64,000 nucleotides of DNA, from assembly GCA_963740355.1 (NCBI GenBank), contig CAVUDW010000003.1, positions 1,696,001-1,760,000 on the forward strand, given 5' to 3'. Positions 10,869 through 20,439 of this stretch are shown piece by piece; positions within the stretch are counted from its first letter, which is position 1; the number at the start of each line of letters is the position of its first letter. Made by a program: the position numbers and the translations under genes. Source of the DNA: an uncultured Gemmatimonadaceae bacterium (GTDB taxonomy: Bacteria > Gemmatimonadota > Gemmatimonadetes > Gemmatimonadales > Gemmatimonadaceae). The notes under the pieces were generated by a model. It did no database searches. It saw nothing but the letters and a program-made list of their open reading frames with translations, and had not been told where the DNA came from.

Positions 10869-13327
10869 CGCGCCCCCTGATCTCCTTCTCTGCGCTACGC
10901 AACGATCTGCGCTTCGCTGGACGGATGTTCACCAAGAGCCCGCTTTTTACCGGTGTGGTGGTGCTTACCCTGGCCCTTGGCATCGGTCTCAACACCGCTG
11001 TGTTCTCGGCCGTCGATGCGATGCTCTTGCGACCATTGTCGGGAGTACGCGCCTCCAGCGAACTGGTGCAGCTCTATCGCAGCAGTCCTGGTGGCGACAA
11101 TCTCGGCTCGAATTCGATTCCCCATTTCTGGGACCTGCGCGATCGCTCGAAGTCCGTCTTCTCGGATGTCGCCGCCTGGTCATTCCAGAACCTGAGCATC
11201 ACGGCCGATGAGCGGCCACGCGCCGTGTTCGGCGTGATGGTCTCGGCCAACTTCTTCAGTGTGCTCGGCGCGACGCCCGCCAATGGCCGCTTCTTCACTC
11301 CTGATGAAGACGTGGGGCGCGGCGCGCATCCGGTGGCAGTGCTCAGTGATGCCGGCTGGCGATCACTCTTCGGTGGCGACCAGAACGTGGTCGGTCGGAA
11401 GGTGATCGTGAATGGGCAGGCAATGACGATCGTCGGTATCGCCGCTCCCGGATTCAGCGGCGCGATGCCGATGCTGCAACCCGCGCTCTGGGTGCCGCTG
11501 ATGCAGCTCGCGCAAGTGAAGCCTGGCTCGGTCGGTGATTTCGAGAACCGCGGCTTCAACTACCTCAACGTGGTCGCGCGCCTCGCACCGGGCGTGAGCG
11601 TGGAACAGGCACGGGCACGCATGGACGCGATCTCCATCGAGCTCCGCGGTGAATTTCCTGCCGACTACGAGAAGTCCGGCATCAATCTCATTCGCCAGGA
11701 TGACGCGGGCATCCATCCGTCGATGCGTGGTGCACAGGTCGGCCTGTCGGCGGTGGTAATGACCGTGGTCGCGATCCTGCTCCTGATCGCCTGCGTCAAC
11801 GTCGCCAACCTGTTTTTGGCCCGCGCGCGGGATCGCTCGCGCGAGATGGCCATTCGCCTCGCACTCGGCGCAACCCGCGGCGAGCTGGTTCGGCAACTGC
11901 TGGTGGAGAGTGTGGTGGTCTCGTTGGTGGCCGGCGCCGTGGGCATCATCATCGCGTACGTCGCGATCGGACTCGCGAACGGTATCACGCTGCCGATGGA
12001 CATCGATTTCCAGCCCGATCTCCGCCTCAGTCCGATGGTGCTTGGTTTTGCATTTGCCACGGCGCTCGTGACCGGCATCCTGTTCGGCCTCGTGCCGGCG
12101 CTGCAGGCGACCAGCCCGTCGCTCGTGTCGGCGCTGAAAGGCGACGCACCCGCTGGTGCGTCGCGTTCAAGGACCAGCAAGGGGCTGGTGATCGCGCAGA
12201 TGGCGCTTTCGATCGTACTGCTGGTCTGCGCTGGCCTCTTCCTCGTGAACCTGCGGAGCGCGACCACCATCGACAAAGGCTTTACCGCGACTCGCATGCT
12301 GATCGCGGATGTGGATCCGTCGCTGCAGGGTTACAATCGCGCCAACACCGAGGCGTTCTACACGAGACTTCGGACGCAACTCTCATCGGTTCCAGGTGTC
12401 GAGAGTGTCGGGTTGATCGACAATGTGCCGCTCGGCTTCAGCAACAGCGATCGTCGCGTGGAGGTCCCGGGTTACGTCCCCGCCGCCAACGAGAATCTCT
12501 CGGTTCGCTATGCGAGTGTCTCCCCGGAATACTTCGCGTCCATGGGAATTCCGCTGCGTGTCGGACGCGCCTTCACCTCGCGCGATGACTCTGCCGCTGT
12601 CCCCGTCCTGGTGGTCAACGAACGCTTCGTGTCGAAGTTCTGGCCGGGTCAGAACGCGATCGGTCGAACCGTGCGCGTGAAGGGCCTTCTCCACACCGTC
12701 ATCGGCGTCGTGCCGACGGGCAAGTACCAGCGCCTTGGCGAAGATCCACAGCTGTTCATGTACTTCTCGCAGGCACAACTCTGGCGCGCCGGCATGTCAG
12801 TGATGATCCGGACCAGCGGAGACCCGACTGCACTGATTCCCGCGCTCCGGCGCGAGGTCACGGGGCTCGATGCGAACATGCCGCTCGGTAACATCCGCAC
12901 GCTCGAAAGGCATCTGGGCTCGTCGTTGCTGCCCGCACGAATTGCCGGCATGGCACTCGGCATCTTCGGCCTGCTTGGCCTGCTGCTCGCCTCGATCGGC
13001 ATGTATGGCGTCATGGCCTACTCCGTCTCGCAGCGCACCCGGGAGATCGGCATCCGCATGGCCATCGGTGCCACGGCCACCGATGTGGTGCGACTGATCA
13101 TGCGGCAGGGGCTGACGCTTGTTGCCATCGGCACCGTGATCGGACTGGTGGCTGCCATCGGCGCCTCGCGCGCTCTCGCCAGTGTCTTGTATGGCTCGAA
13201 TGCCAATGACCCTGCGACCTTTGCGCTGGTGCCGCTGGTGTTGATTGGTGTGGCAGCGCTGGCGACGTTCGTGCCCGCCCGGCGTGCGGCTATGGTCGAT
13301 CCCGCCGTGACCCTTCGAGCGGAGTGA
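10865..13327 (+). CDS. Duplicated MacB/FtsX-type ABC permease (ADOP family)
   Basis: TLALGIGLNTAVFS, LLIACVNVANL, RSREMAIRLALGA, QRTREIGIRMAIGA. Confidence 0.93.
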   Translation: MTRPLISFSALRNDLRFAGRMFTKSPLFTGVVVLTLALGIGLNTAVFSAVDAMLLRPLSGVRASSELVQLYRSSPGGDNLGSNSIPHFWDLRDRSKSVFSDVAAWSFQNLSITADERPRAVFGVMVSANFFSVLGATPANGRFFTPDEDVGRGAHPVAVLSDAGWRSLFGGDQNVVGRKVIVNGQAMTIVGIAAPGFSGAMPMLQPALWVPLMQLAQVKPGSVGDFENRGFNYLNVVARLAPGVSVEQARARMDAISIELRGEFPADYEKSGINLIRQDDAGIHPSMRGAQVGLSAVVMTVVAILLLIACVNVANLFLARARDRSREMAIRLALGATRGELVRQLLVESVVVSLVAGAVGIIIAYVAIGLANGITLPMDIDFQPDLRLSPMVLGFAFATALVTGILFGLVPALQATSPSLVSALKGDAPAGASRSRTSKGLVIAQMALSIVLLVCAGLFLVNLRSATTIDKGFTATRMLIADVDPSLQGYNRANTEAFYTRLRTQLSSVPGVESVGLIDNVPLGFSNSDRRVEVPGYVPAANENLSVRYASVSPEYFASMGIPLRVGRAFTSRDDSAAVPVLVVNERFVSKFWPGQNAIGRTVRVKGLLHTVIGVVPTGKYQRLGEDPQLFMYFSQAQLWRAGMSVMIRTSGDPTALIPALRREVTGLDANMPLGNIRTLERHLGSSLLPARIAGMALGIFGLLGLLLASIGMYGVMAYSVSQRTREIGIRMAIGATATDVVRLIMRQGLTLVAIGTVIGLVAAIGASRALASVLYGSNANDPATFALVPLVLIGVAALATFVPARRAAMVDPAVTLRAE

Positions 13328-13445
13328 CAGGGCGTTGGGGGGTGGCGGGCACCGCGATCAGGGCGAAATCACGGCTGGAACCCGATCTCGCTCGATGACG
13401 TACTTTTCGGGACGCGCTCACCGCCCTCGCCCTCCGGACGTCGTC

Positions 13446-14621
13446 ATGGCCACCTCGCTCCTCACGCCGTCAGCAACCGCACGGTCCGCTGCGCCCGCGC
13501 AGGCCCTCCCACTGCACCTCGCCGCAGTCGTCCTTGGCGCCACCAGCATCCTGATCGGATTGATCTGGGACATCTCGTGGCACATGACCATCGGACGCGA
13601 CGCATTCTGGACGCCGGCACACATGGCGATCTACTTCGGCGGCACGCTGGCTGGCCTGTCGTGCGGCGCACGCGTGCTCGCGAACAGCTTCTGGCAGCGT
13701 GACACCCATCAGACCGACGGCGTGCGGCTCTGGAAGTACTTCACTGGTCCAATCGGTGGTTGGATCTGCATCTGGGGCGCGCTGGCGATGCTCACGTCGG
13801 CCCCCTTCGACGACTGGTGGCATGGGGCCTACGGCCTCGACGTGCAGATCCTCAGCCCGCCGCACGTCATCCTGCTGCTTGGCCTGCTCGGCATTCTCGT
13901 CGGTGCGCAGACGATGGCTGTATCTGCACAGAATACCGAGGGCTATTCCACATCGCGCGCCACCGTCGTCGCGTTTGCGAGCGGTGTGCTGCTGACGCTA
14001 GCCGCGATCGCGGCCACCGAATACAGCGATGTCGAGCTGCTGCACAACTCGCAGTTCTACATCGTGGCCGGCGCCGTGTATCCGTTGTTTCTCGTTGCAT
14101 CCGCGCGCGCCTCGAAGCTGCGCTGGCCCGCCACGGCAACGGCTGCCTTCTATACCGCCATCATGGCGGCACAGGTCTGGATCTTTCCGTTGTTCGCTGC
14201 CCGTCCCAAGCTCGGGCCCATCGGGCATGACGTCACGCACATGGTGCCGATGCCATTTCCGCTGCTGCTGATCGTGCCGGCCATCGGCATCGATCTCGTG
14301 TTGCGGCGGATGGAAAGCCGCAATCGCTGGCTGACGGCGGCGGTGCTGGCACTGGTGTTCATCCTCTCGTTGCTGGCGGCGATGTGGCCCTTCGGCTCCC
14401 TCCTCGCGACGGAAGTCGGGCGGCATCCCTTCTTCGGCGGCGCCTTCGCCAACTACAGCGCACCCGCTGACTACCTCGTTGGCCCGCGCGAATTCTGGAT
14501 GGAAGACGGCGGCGCGGCCGTTGCACTGGTGAAGACGATGACGTGGGGCGTGCTGGCGGCACTGCTCTCGTCGCGGATCGGGCTCGCGTGGGGCAACTGG
14601 CTACGCGAGGTGAAGCGATGA
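13446..14621 (+). CDS. Polytopic membrane protein with two D-x3-H...P-x-H metal motifs (PmoC/PmoA-like, putative)
   Basis: Many hydrophobic segments; DISWHMTIGRDAFWTPAH and DDWWHGAYGLDVQILSPPH. The ORF is secure; the family call is inferred. Confidence 0.7.
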   Translation: MATSLLTPSATARSAAPAQALPLHLAAVVLGATSILIGLIWDISWHMTIGRDAFWTPAHMAIYFGGTLAGLSCGARVLANSFWQRDTHQTDGVRLWKYFTGPIGGWICIWGALAMLTSAPFDDWWHGAYGLDVQILSPPHVILLLGLLGILVGAQTMAVSAQNTEGYSTSRATVVAFASGVLLTLAAIAATEYSDVELLHNSQFYIVAGAVYPLFLVASARASKLRWPATATAAFYTAIMAAQVWIFPLFAARPKLGPIGHDVTHMVPMPFPLLLIVPAIGIDLVLRRMESRNRWLTAAVLALVFILSLLAAMWPFGSLLATEVGRHPFFGGAFANYSAPADYLVGPREFWMEDGGAAVALVKTMTWGVLAALLSSRIGLAWGNWLREVKR

Positions 14622-16123
14622 CCACGCGTCGTCGCTTCATCTCGATTCTGCTGCTCGTCGCAGTCTGGCTCACCGGTAGCGCACACGTCGGCAACACACT
14701 TGTCGTGCAGGATGGCCAGGCCGGCCCGTACGGACTGAGGGTGCTGGTGCGGCCGCCGGCGGTCATTCCTGGCCTGGTCGACGTCGTGATCAAGACCACC
14801 ACGCCGAGGACGTTGCCGACCAGCATCACACTGCAGCCTGCGCTCTGGCGGTACGGCACCAAGGGTGCGCCGCCTGCCGAACCAGCGGTGGCGGTTCCAG
14901 GCGAGCCGGGCACGTTTCAGACGCAGGTCTGGATCATGAGCAGCGGATCGTACGCACTTCACATCGCGGCCAGTGGTCCCGCAGGGCAGGGCGAATTCAT
15001 CGTACCATACGTGAGTGTGGCCACGGCCACACTTGGCATGCCGAACTGGCTCGGCTGGGTACTCGCAGCACTCGGTGCCTTCCTCGTCTTCGGGCTGGCG
15101 TCGGTGGTCGGTGCCGCGTCACGCGAAGGCACGTTGCCCGCCGGTGCGACACCCGACGCATCGCGCCGGCGGCGTGCGCGCTTCGCGACAGGCATCGCCG
15201 GCCTGATCACCTGCACGCTGGTTTTCGGTGGCTGGAAATGGTGGAATGCGGTCGAGAACAATTACCGCGAATCGCTCTACCGACCGCTCGCCGTCGAGAC
15301 TGCGGTCACCAGTGGCGAGGGTCGGACGCTCACGCTGCGCGTCACCGACAGTCTGTGGAAGTTCGCGAAGCCTGGGGAACGGGCTCGCACCTCCTTCAGC
15401 ACGCCACTGATGCCGGATCATGGCAAGATGATGCACATGTTCCTCATCGCGGCCGGTGCACAGGGCGCGGTGGCGCACCTGCATCCGGTGCGCGTGGATG
15501 AGCGCACCTTCACGACGCCGGTGCATGCCCTGCCGGCTGGCAAGTACTGGCTGTTTGCCGACGTCGTTCACGAGAGCGGCTACACGCGCACCTTCGTCGA
15601 CACGGTGGATGTCGCGGCTGGTGATGCGCCGGCGAACCCCGATGGAGACGACGCCTTTTCGCTCGCGCCACCGACCGTGAACACGCGTCCGGCCACCTTG
15701 CCCGACAGTGGCTTCTTTACCATCGCGCTGGATGGCACCCCCGCCGTCGGCCGCGATGTCGTCGTGCGTGCACACCTCGCCAACCGGGATGGGTCACCGG
15801 TGCCGCTAGTCCCGTGGCTCGGCATGGCGGGGCACGCGATGCTCGTGCGCACCGATGGCGCGGTGTTCATGCACCTGCATCCGCTTGGCACGAGTTCGAT
15901 GGCCGCACAGGATCGTCTCGCACGTCGTGAACGTGGCGACACCGCGATGCACGGCGATTCGCAGCCGATGGCGATGGACATGACGCAGGCGCCGGTCGGA
16001 CGCCCTGGCGATGTCGCCTTCCCGGTCGCATTTCCATCGGCCGGTGCCTATCGCGTGTTCGTGCAGGTGCGTCGGCCGAGTGGCGTGATCGAGACGGCGG
16101 CGCTGGATGTGACGGTGCCGTAA
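14618..16123 (+). CDS. Exported, two-TM, His/Met-rich putative copper protein (PmoB-like architecture)
   Basis: Signal peptide ending TGSA|H; two central TM helices; DHGKMMHMF, AHLHP, GMAGHAM, FMHLHP, AMHGDSQPMAMDM; start overlaps upstream stop. Confidence 0.7.
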   Translation: MTTRRRFISILLLVAVWLTGSAHVGNTLVVQDGQAGPYGLRVLVRPPAVIPGLVDVVIKTTTPRTLPTSITLQPALWRYGTKGAPPAEPAVAVPGEPGTFQTQVWIMSSGSYALHIAASGPAGQGEFIVPYVSVATATLGMPNWLGWVLAALGAFLVFGLASVVGAASREGTLPAGATPDASRRRRARFATGIAGLITCTLVFGGWKWWNAVENNYRESLYRPLAVETAVTSGEGRTLTLRVTDSLWKFAKPGERARTSFSTPLMPDHGKMMHMFLIAAGAQGAVAHLHPVRVDERTFTTPVHALPAGKYWLFADVVHESGYTRTFVDTVDVAAGDAPANPDGDDAFSLAPPTVNTRPATLPDSGFFTIALDGTPAVGRDVVVRAHLANRDGSPVPLVPWLGMAGHAMLVRTDGAVFMHLHPLGTSSMAAQDRLARRERGDTAMHGDSQPMAMDMTQAPVGRPGDVAFPVAFPSAGAYRVFVQVRRPSGVIETAALDVTVP

Positions 16124-16160
16124 GACTGCGTAGTCGTTCGGTGGCCTGATACTCATGCAC

Positions 16161-16197
16161 AGCGGGGGCGCGAGACTGTTCTCGCGCCCCCGCTTTC
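16161..16197. terminator. Intrinsic terminator hairpin between convergent genes
   Basis: 15-bp stem AGCGGGGGCGCGAGA / TCTCGCGCCCCCGCT, 4-nt loop, short T run. Confidence 0.75.
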
Positions 16198-16228
16198 GTA
16201 AGAACCACTCCTACGGGATCACCACTGC

Positions 16229-18208
16229 TTACGGGACCACTGGCTTCGGCGGTGTCTGCCCAGGCGGCGTCCACGCATTGTTGGCGCGTGCGATGTCCGG
16301 GATGCGGCTCTCGGGATCGATCTCGACCTTCGCCACCGTCTTGCCGGCGAAGCTGTAGCGGCGCACGTAGCGCACGCTGTTCGTGCTCCAGACTTCCGCC
16401 GGGTACAGATAGTCCTCGGTGCTGCCATCGGTGAAGGTGAAGCGTGCCCGGATCGGCAGCACACCACGTTCACGATTTCCGTACGCCACGATCACGCGGG
16501 TCGTGTCTCCTTCCTTGCGCGTGATCACCGTATCGACGGCCTGGTCGTAGCGCGCATTCTCGACGAACCAGCCGCGCCAGAACCAATCGAGGCGACGACC
16601 GCCCACGTCTTCCATCGTGCGGAAGAAGTCCGCCGGGGTCGGGTGCTTGTACGCCCAGCGACGGATGTAGGTCTTGAACGCATCGTCGAACGCTGCCGGC
16701 CCAAGGATCTCCTGTCGCAGCAGCTGCAGGCCGACGCTCGGCTTCACGTACGCTGAGACACCCAGCAAGCGTGGATCGATGCGATCCGGCGTGGTGACGA
16801 TCGGCCCTTCGATCCCGGCCCGCATCACCTGCTCCACCGTGCCGCGTTCACCCGAGGCGCGCTCCATCTGGTCGCCCTTGGCCGGGTAGCGCCGCGCTTC
16901 CGAGAAGGTGTTGATGAAGGTGTTGAAGCCTTCGTCCTGCCACATGAAGGCGCGTTCGTTGCTGGCCACGATCATCGGGAACCACATGTGTCCGATCTCG
17001 TGCGTCACCACGTTGTACAGGTCGTACACATCCGCGCTCTTGTTCTCCATCGCGATCATCGGGTATTCCATGCCGCTGATCGGGCCTTCGATGGCCGAGA
17101 TGTGCGGCCACGGATACTGGAACCAGCGTTCAGAGTATTCCTGGATCGACATCCGTGACTGATCGGCTGCGTCATGCCAGTTCACTGCGGCGCTGGGGCG
17201 GTAGTACGCGAAAGCGTAGATGCCCTTCCAGCTGGTGCCGTCCCACTGGAACTCCGGCGAGGCGGCCCAGACGGCGTCGCGGACGTTCTTCGCCGCGAAG
17301 CGCCAGGTGAGCATGCCCGTCTTCTTCGGGCGGGCGGCACCGGACTTCAGTTCATCCGCCGTGATGATGCGAATCACCGAGTCGGTATGGGCGGCGTTGC
17401 TGAGGCGCGCCAGCTGGGCATTCGTCAGCACATCGCGCGGATTTTCCAGTGAGCCGGTGGCCGCAACGATGTAGCCAGCCGGCACCGTGATCTCGAGGTT
17501 GTAGTCACCGAAGTCGAGATAGAACTCGCCCTGGCCAAGGTACGGTTCGATGTTCCAGCCGCGCACATCGTCGTACACCGCCACGCGTGGATACCACTGC
17601 GCGATCTCGTAGAGCGACCCTTCACGACCCATGCGATCAGCGCCATGCTCCGGCACCTTGAAGCTGTAGGCCATCTCGATCGTCGCCGTCTTGCCCGGCG
17701 CCAGCGGCTCGGCCAGATCGAGCTTGGTGACCGTCTCGTTCACGCGTGCGGTGAGCGGCACCTTGCGACCGGCGGTCGGTGTGCCAAGGCGCTGCTCGGT
17801 GCGAGTGAAGACGTATCCACCCTCGAAGCCGCGGGCGCCGAAGCGGGAGTCTTCCGGGAAGATGAAGCTGTTGAGCGACTTCGCGCGAAACGCATTCTGC
17901 TCCGTCTGCAGCCAGATGAAGCGCAGCGTGTCGGGCGAATTGTTCGTGTAGCGGAGCGTCATCTCCGTCTTCACGCTGGTGGCCGTGGTATCGAGCGTAG
18001 TGCGCAGCGTGTAGTCGGCGCGGTTCTGCCAGTACTTGTAGCCCGGCGCGCCGCTACCAGCGCGGAATTCGTTCGGGGTTGGCAGCACCAGCGGGGCAAA
18101 GATCGAGGTATCGGTGACTGGACGCGGGGCTGGGCGACCCTGGGCGAACGTCACGGTACTCGGCAGCGCCGCGGCCATCAGCAGCGCGGCGGTGATCCGT
18201 CGGGACAT
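16229..18208 (-). CDS. M1 family zinc metallopeptidase, secreted
   Basis: Signal peptide, GMEYP, HEIGH...DEGFNTF. Confidence 0.92.
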   Translation of the reverse strand: MSRRITAALLMAAALPSTVTFAQGRPAPRPVTDTSIFAPLVLPTPNEFRAGSGAPGYKYWQNRADYTLRTTLDTTATSVKTEMTLRYTNNSPDTLRFIWLQTEQNAFRAKSLNSFIFPEDSRFGARGFEGGYVFTRTEQRLGTPTAGRKVPLTARVNETVTKLDLAEPLAPGKTATIEMAYSFKVPEHGADRMGREGSLYEIAQWYPRVAVYDDVRGWNIEPYLGQGEFYLDFGDYNLEITVPAGYIVAATGSLENPRDVLTNAQLARLSNAAHTDSVIRIITADELKSGAARPKKTGMLTWRFAAKNVRDAVWAASPEFQWDGTSWKGIYAFAYYRPSAAVNWHDAADQSRMSIQEYSERWFQYPWPHISAIEGPISGMEYPMIAMENKSADVYDLYNVVTHEIGHMWFPMIVASNERAFMWQDEGFNTFINTFSEARRYPAKGDQMERASGERGTVEQVMRAGIEGPIVTTPDRIDPRLLGVSAYVKPSVGLQLLRQEILGPAAFDDAFKTYIRRWAYKHPTPADFFRTMEDVGGRRLDWFWRGWFVENARYDQAVDTVITRKEGDTTRVIVAYGNRERGVLPIRARFTFTDGSTEDYLYPAEVWSTNSVRYVRRYSFAGKTVAKVEIDPESRIPDIARANNAWTPPGQTPPKPVVP

Positions 18209-18300
18209 GGAGGACTGGGTTGGTGAAAGTCAGGTGCGCGAATGCGCCGCGGAAGTAAAACACCGGGCGGGGGTGTTTGGCTCCTTCGGCGCATCGCCTG

Positions 18301-18455
18301 CTACGCCGCCTGCACTTTCAGCCACAGCCCAACGCCGATCACAAGCCATCCCACCAGCCGTCTCAAACCGCGTGTGTCCTGCGCCAGTCACTCGAATGCG
18401 ATTGCCGCGGTGATGACGAACATCTCCGGCACTTGAGACATGCCGATCACTATCA
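18301..18455 (-). pseudogene. C-terminal relic of a DUF2182-like membrane protein
   Basis: Minus frame reads IVIGMSQVPEMFVITAAIAFE*LAQDTRGLRRLVGWLVIGVGLWL with an internal stop; lies right after a DUF899 relic. Confidence 0.5.
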
Positions 18456-18471
18456 TCGCCACCGGCTCCGC

Positions 18472-18684
18472 TCAGCGGCTCGCGTACTCGTCGTGCCGGC
18501 GCCACCACACACCCTGTTCATTGCGGCCTGACGGCGCGCGGTCCAGCCACTGGTACACGCCCCACAGCGCATCGAGGCCGCGTGCGTAAGTGGAGTAGGT
18601 GTGGTACATGACACCATCATCCAGTACGAATGCACTCATGCCCGGCCGCTCGCGTGTGTAGGTCGGCACGTCAGCGCCCTTCAT
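18472..18684 (-). pseudogene. C-terminal fragment of a DUF899 thioredoxin-like protein
   Basis: GMSAF...YHTYSTYARGLD...LDRAP.GRNE...WWRRHDEY; N-terminal part absent. Confidence 0.8.
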
Positions 18685-18815
18685 GGCTGCGATGTCCCCG
18701 AACCACGATCGCGAGCTGACCCGACTCTCACCCGATCCACCGAGATGAGTGCACTGTCACCGAAATTCCCGATATTCCGGCGCGCGGTGTTGACTTACAA
18801 CGCAGGACACAGCGA

Positions 18816-18852
18816 AGCCGCCGGCCACCGTCCGATCCGGTGGCCGGCGGCT
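18816..18852. terminator. Perfect 15-bp-stem hairpin downstream of the Rhs island
   Basis: AGCCGCCGGCCACCG-N7-CGGTGGCCGGCGGCT; no clear U tract. Confidence 0.45.
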
Positions 18853-18975
18853 CGGTGCTACGCGCGCTCTTTCATAACGTGCGACGGTGCGGCTCCGGCG
18901 ATCCGGGCGAGGCGTGGTGACACGTCCCACCGCGGCCTAGTTGAGACTTGAGCGCACCATCGTCCCTGTTTTCCT

Positions 18976-19329
18976 CTATTGCAGCAGAGTGAGCCTCGCA
19001 CGGCGTTCAGCGAGACGTCTGTCGAGCGCAGCCTTGTTGTACGGCGCGACCGTCTCTGCTCCCTCTTCGTCCCAGTAACAAACGACTACGCAGTACCCCT
19101 GCCGGTCGAGCCCCGGAGAGTCGTCCAGCCAGACCACGTGTGGCTCTGAAACGCGACCCTCGGTGAGGCTGTCGACACGACGACGGAGGTCCGGCGACGA
19201 CGCACAGATCACTCGGAGCGGCTGCCAGCTGTACTTCTGACCGAAGAACAGCGTCGCCAGACCCTCTTCGTAACGCGGATCAGACAGCAGGTCGGCGAAT
19301 ACCGATAACATCTGGTCGGTGCGGTCCAT
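18976..19329 (-). CDS. Putative immunity protein for orphan Rhs toxin 1
   Basis: Small ORF starting just after the toxin stop; position-based call. Confidence 0.65.
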   Translation of the reverse strand: MDRTDQMLSVFADLLSDPRYEEGLATLFFGQKYSWQPLRVICASSPDLRRRVDSLTEGRVSEPHVVWLDDSPGLDRQGYCVVVCYWDEEGAETVAPYNKAALDRRLAERRARLTLLQ

Positions 19330-19345
19330 AGTCGGCGGTAAGGGA

Positions 19346-20437
19346 TTACCGGAAAAGCGCCTTGAACGCCTCGAACTCCTGAGATGTCGCGGGCCGAAGT
19401 ATACCGTCACGGAGTCGCTGGAGATGAGCGGCGCTCGATCTCACGACCGCCGTCAAATGCTCGCCGTTGCTCTCGAAGACTTGTTCTCTCCCACGACCTC
19501 CACGGACGACGATCCGACCGTTTTCCTGAACGAAGACGTCCGACTCACGCGCTCTTTGGACGTCGCCTGAACCTTCACGAACCGGCCGCCCCTCAGCAGC
19601 TCGTCGGCGCGCATGATCCGACTTTGAAAAGAATGCGTTGTCAACGATTTCGCCAACGATCGCTCCGGCAGTCGCCCCCGCCCCTGCCCCTGCCAGGGCC
19701 CCGGCTGGCGAGGCCAATAGGGCACCAGGTCCCGTAAACAAACCTGCGCCACCGCCGGCCACGAATCCAATGTCGGTGCCGGCGGCAATGAGCGTCGCCT
19801 TGATCCAATGGCAGAGCGGTTTGTCATCCGGGCACAATCCGAAGGGATCCGAGAAGTTGACCGGATCCCCCGTGGCATAGCCATACCCGTTCACCCCACC
19901 CGCCAGCCCGATCGGATCCGGTTGCGTAAACCGGCCCGACGCCGGATCCAGATACCGCGCCCGCCGGAACGACAACCCGTTCCCTTCCCGCTTGTCCTCG
20001 ACCAACGCGCCATTCCATGCCAACGACTGGCCCGCATTCGACACGCCATTGGCATGCCACACATCCGTCCACGCCATCGGGTACGTGCACCGCGTCTCAG
20101 CCTGCGCCGTCGTTTCGCACGGCCACAGCCCGCCATCCAGCACCGACCCGAGCGCGGGCTCCGCGCGTAAATCCCAGAGCGGATACAGCGCGAACGGCTG
20201 GAATGTCCGGAAGCCCCACCGCACCACCGGGCTGCTGTTCGGCTTGTAGGGATTATCGCGATAGTGCACGCGCAGGACGACCAGCGGCTTGTCCAGCGCG
20301 CCGCCCTCATACACATAGCCGACGCGGCCGAAGAACGGGCTGACGTCGAACTGCATCGTCGGGTCCGAGCTCTTGACCGCGATCGGGATCTGCACGACGG
20401 CCGTGTCATTCTCGCCCCAGCCCGCGGAATCGGGCAT
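19346..20437 (-). CDS. Orphan Rhs module 1 (core end plus distinct C-terminal toxin)
   Basis: RARYLDPASGRFTQPDPIGLAGG...DPVNFSDPFGL, then a glycine-rich hydrophobic segment and a basic CT (SDHARRRAAEGR). Confidence 0.87.
   Translation of the reverse strand: MPDSAGWGENDTAVVQIPIAVKSSDPTMQFDVSPFFGRVGYVYEGGALDKPLVVLRVHYRDNPYKPNSSPVVRWGFRTFQPFALYPLWDLRAEPALGSVLDGGLWPCETTAQAETRCTYPMAWTDVWHANGVSNAGQSLAWNGALVEDKREGNGLSFRRARYLDPASGRFTQPDPIGLAGGVNGYGYATGDPVNFSDPFGLCPDDKPLCHWIKATLIAAGTDIGFVAGGGAGLFTGPGALLASPAGALAGAGAGATAGAIVGEIVDNAFFSKSDHARRRAAEGRPVREGSGDVQRARESDVFVQENGRIVVRGGRGREQVFESNGEHLTAVVRSSAAHLQRLRDGILRPATSQEFEAFKALFR
19828..20437 (-). repeat. About 600-bp near-identical copy of the main Rhs core end (25578-26187)
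   Basis: Direct comparison at offset 5750; scattered, mostly synonymous substitutions. Confidence 0.93.
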
Positions 20438-20439
20438 GC

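Noticed and set aside
13446..16123. Canonical pmoCAB/amoCAB implying methane or ammonia oxidation
   Set aside because: Only two genes, similarity limited to motifs and architecture, PmoB HxH reduced to one His, and no downstream pathway genes; kept only as a distant-homologue hypothesis
18895..18933. Sequence resembling a joined IS110 right-left end (circle junction)
   Set aside because: Only short gapped matches in very GC-rich DNA; not distinguishable from chance by eye
18932..18959. dif/Xer site (minus strand GGTGCGCTCAA)
   Set aside because: Only a XerC-like half resembles the consensus; no TTATGTTAAAT-like XerD arm
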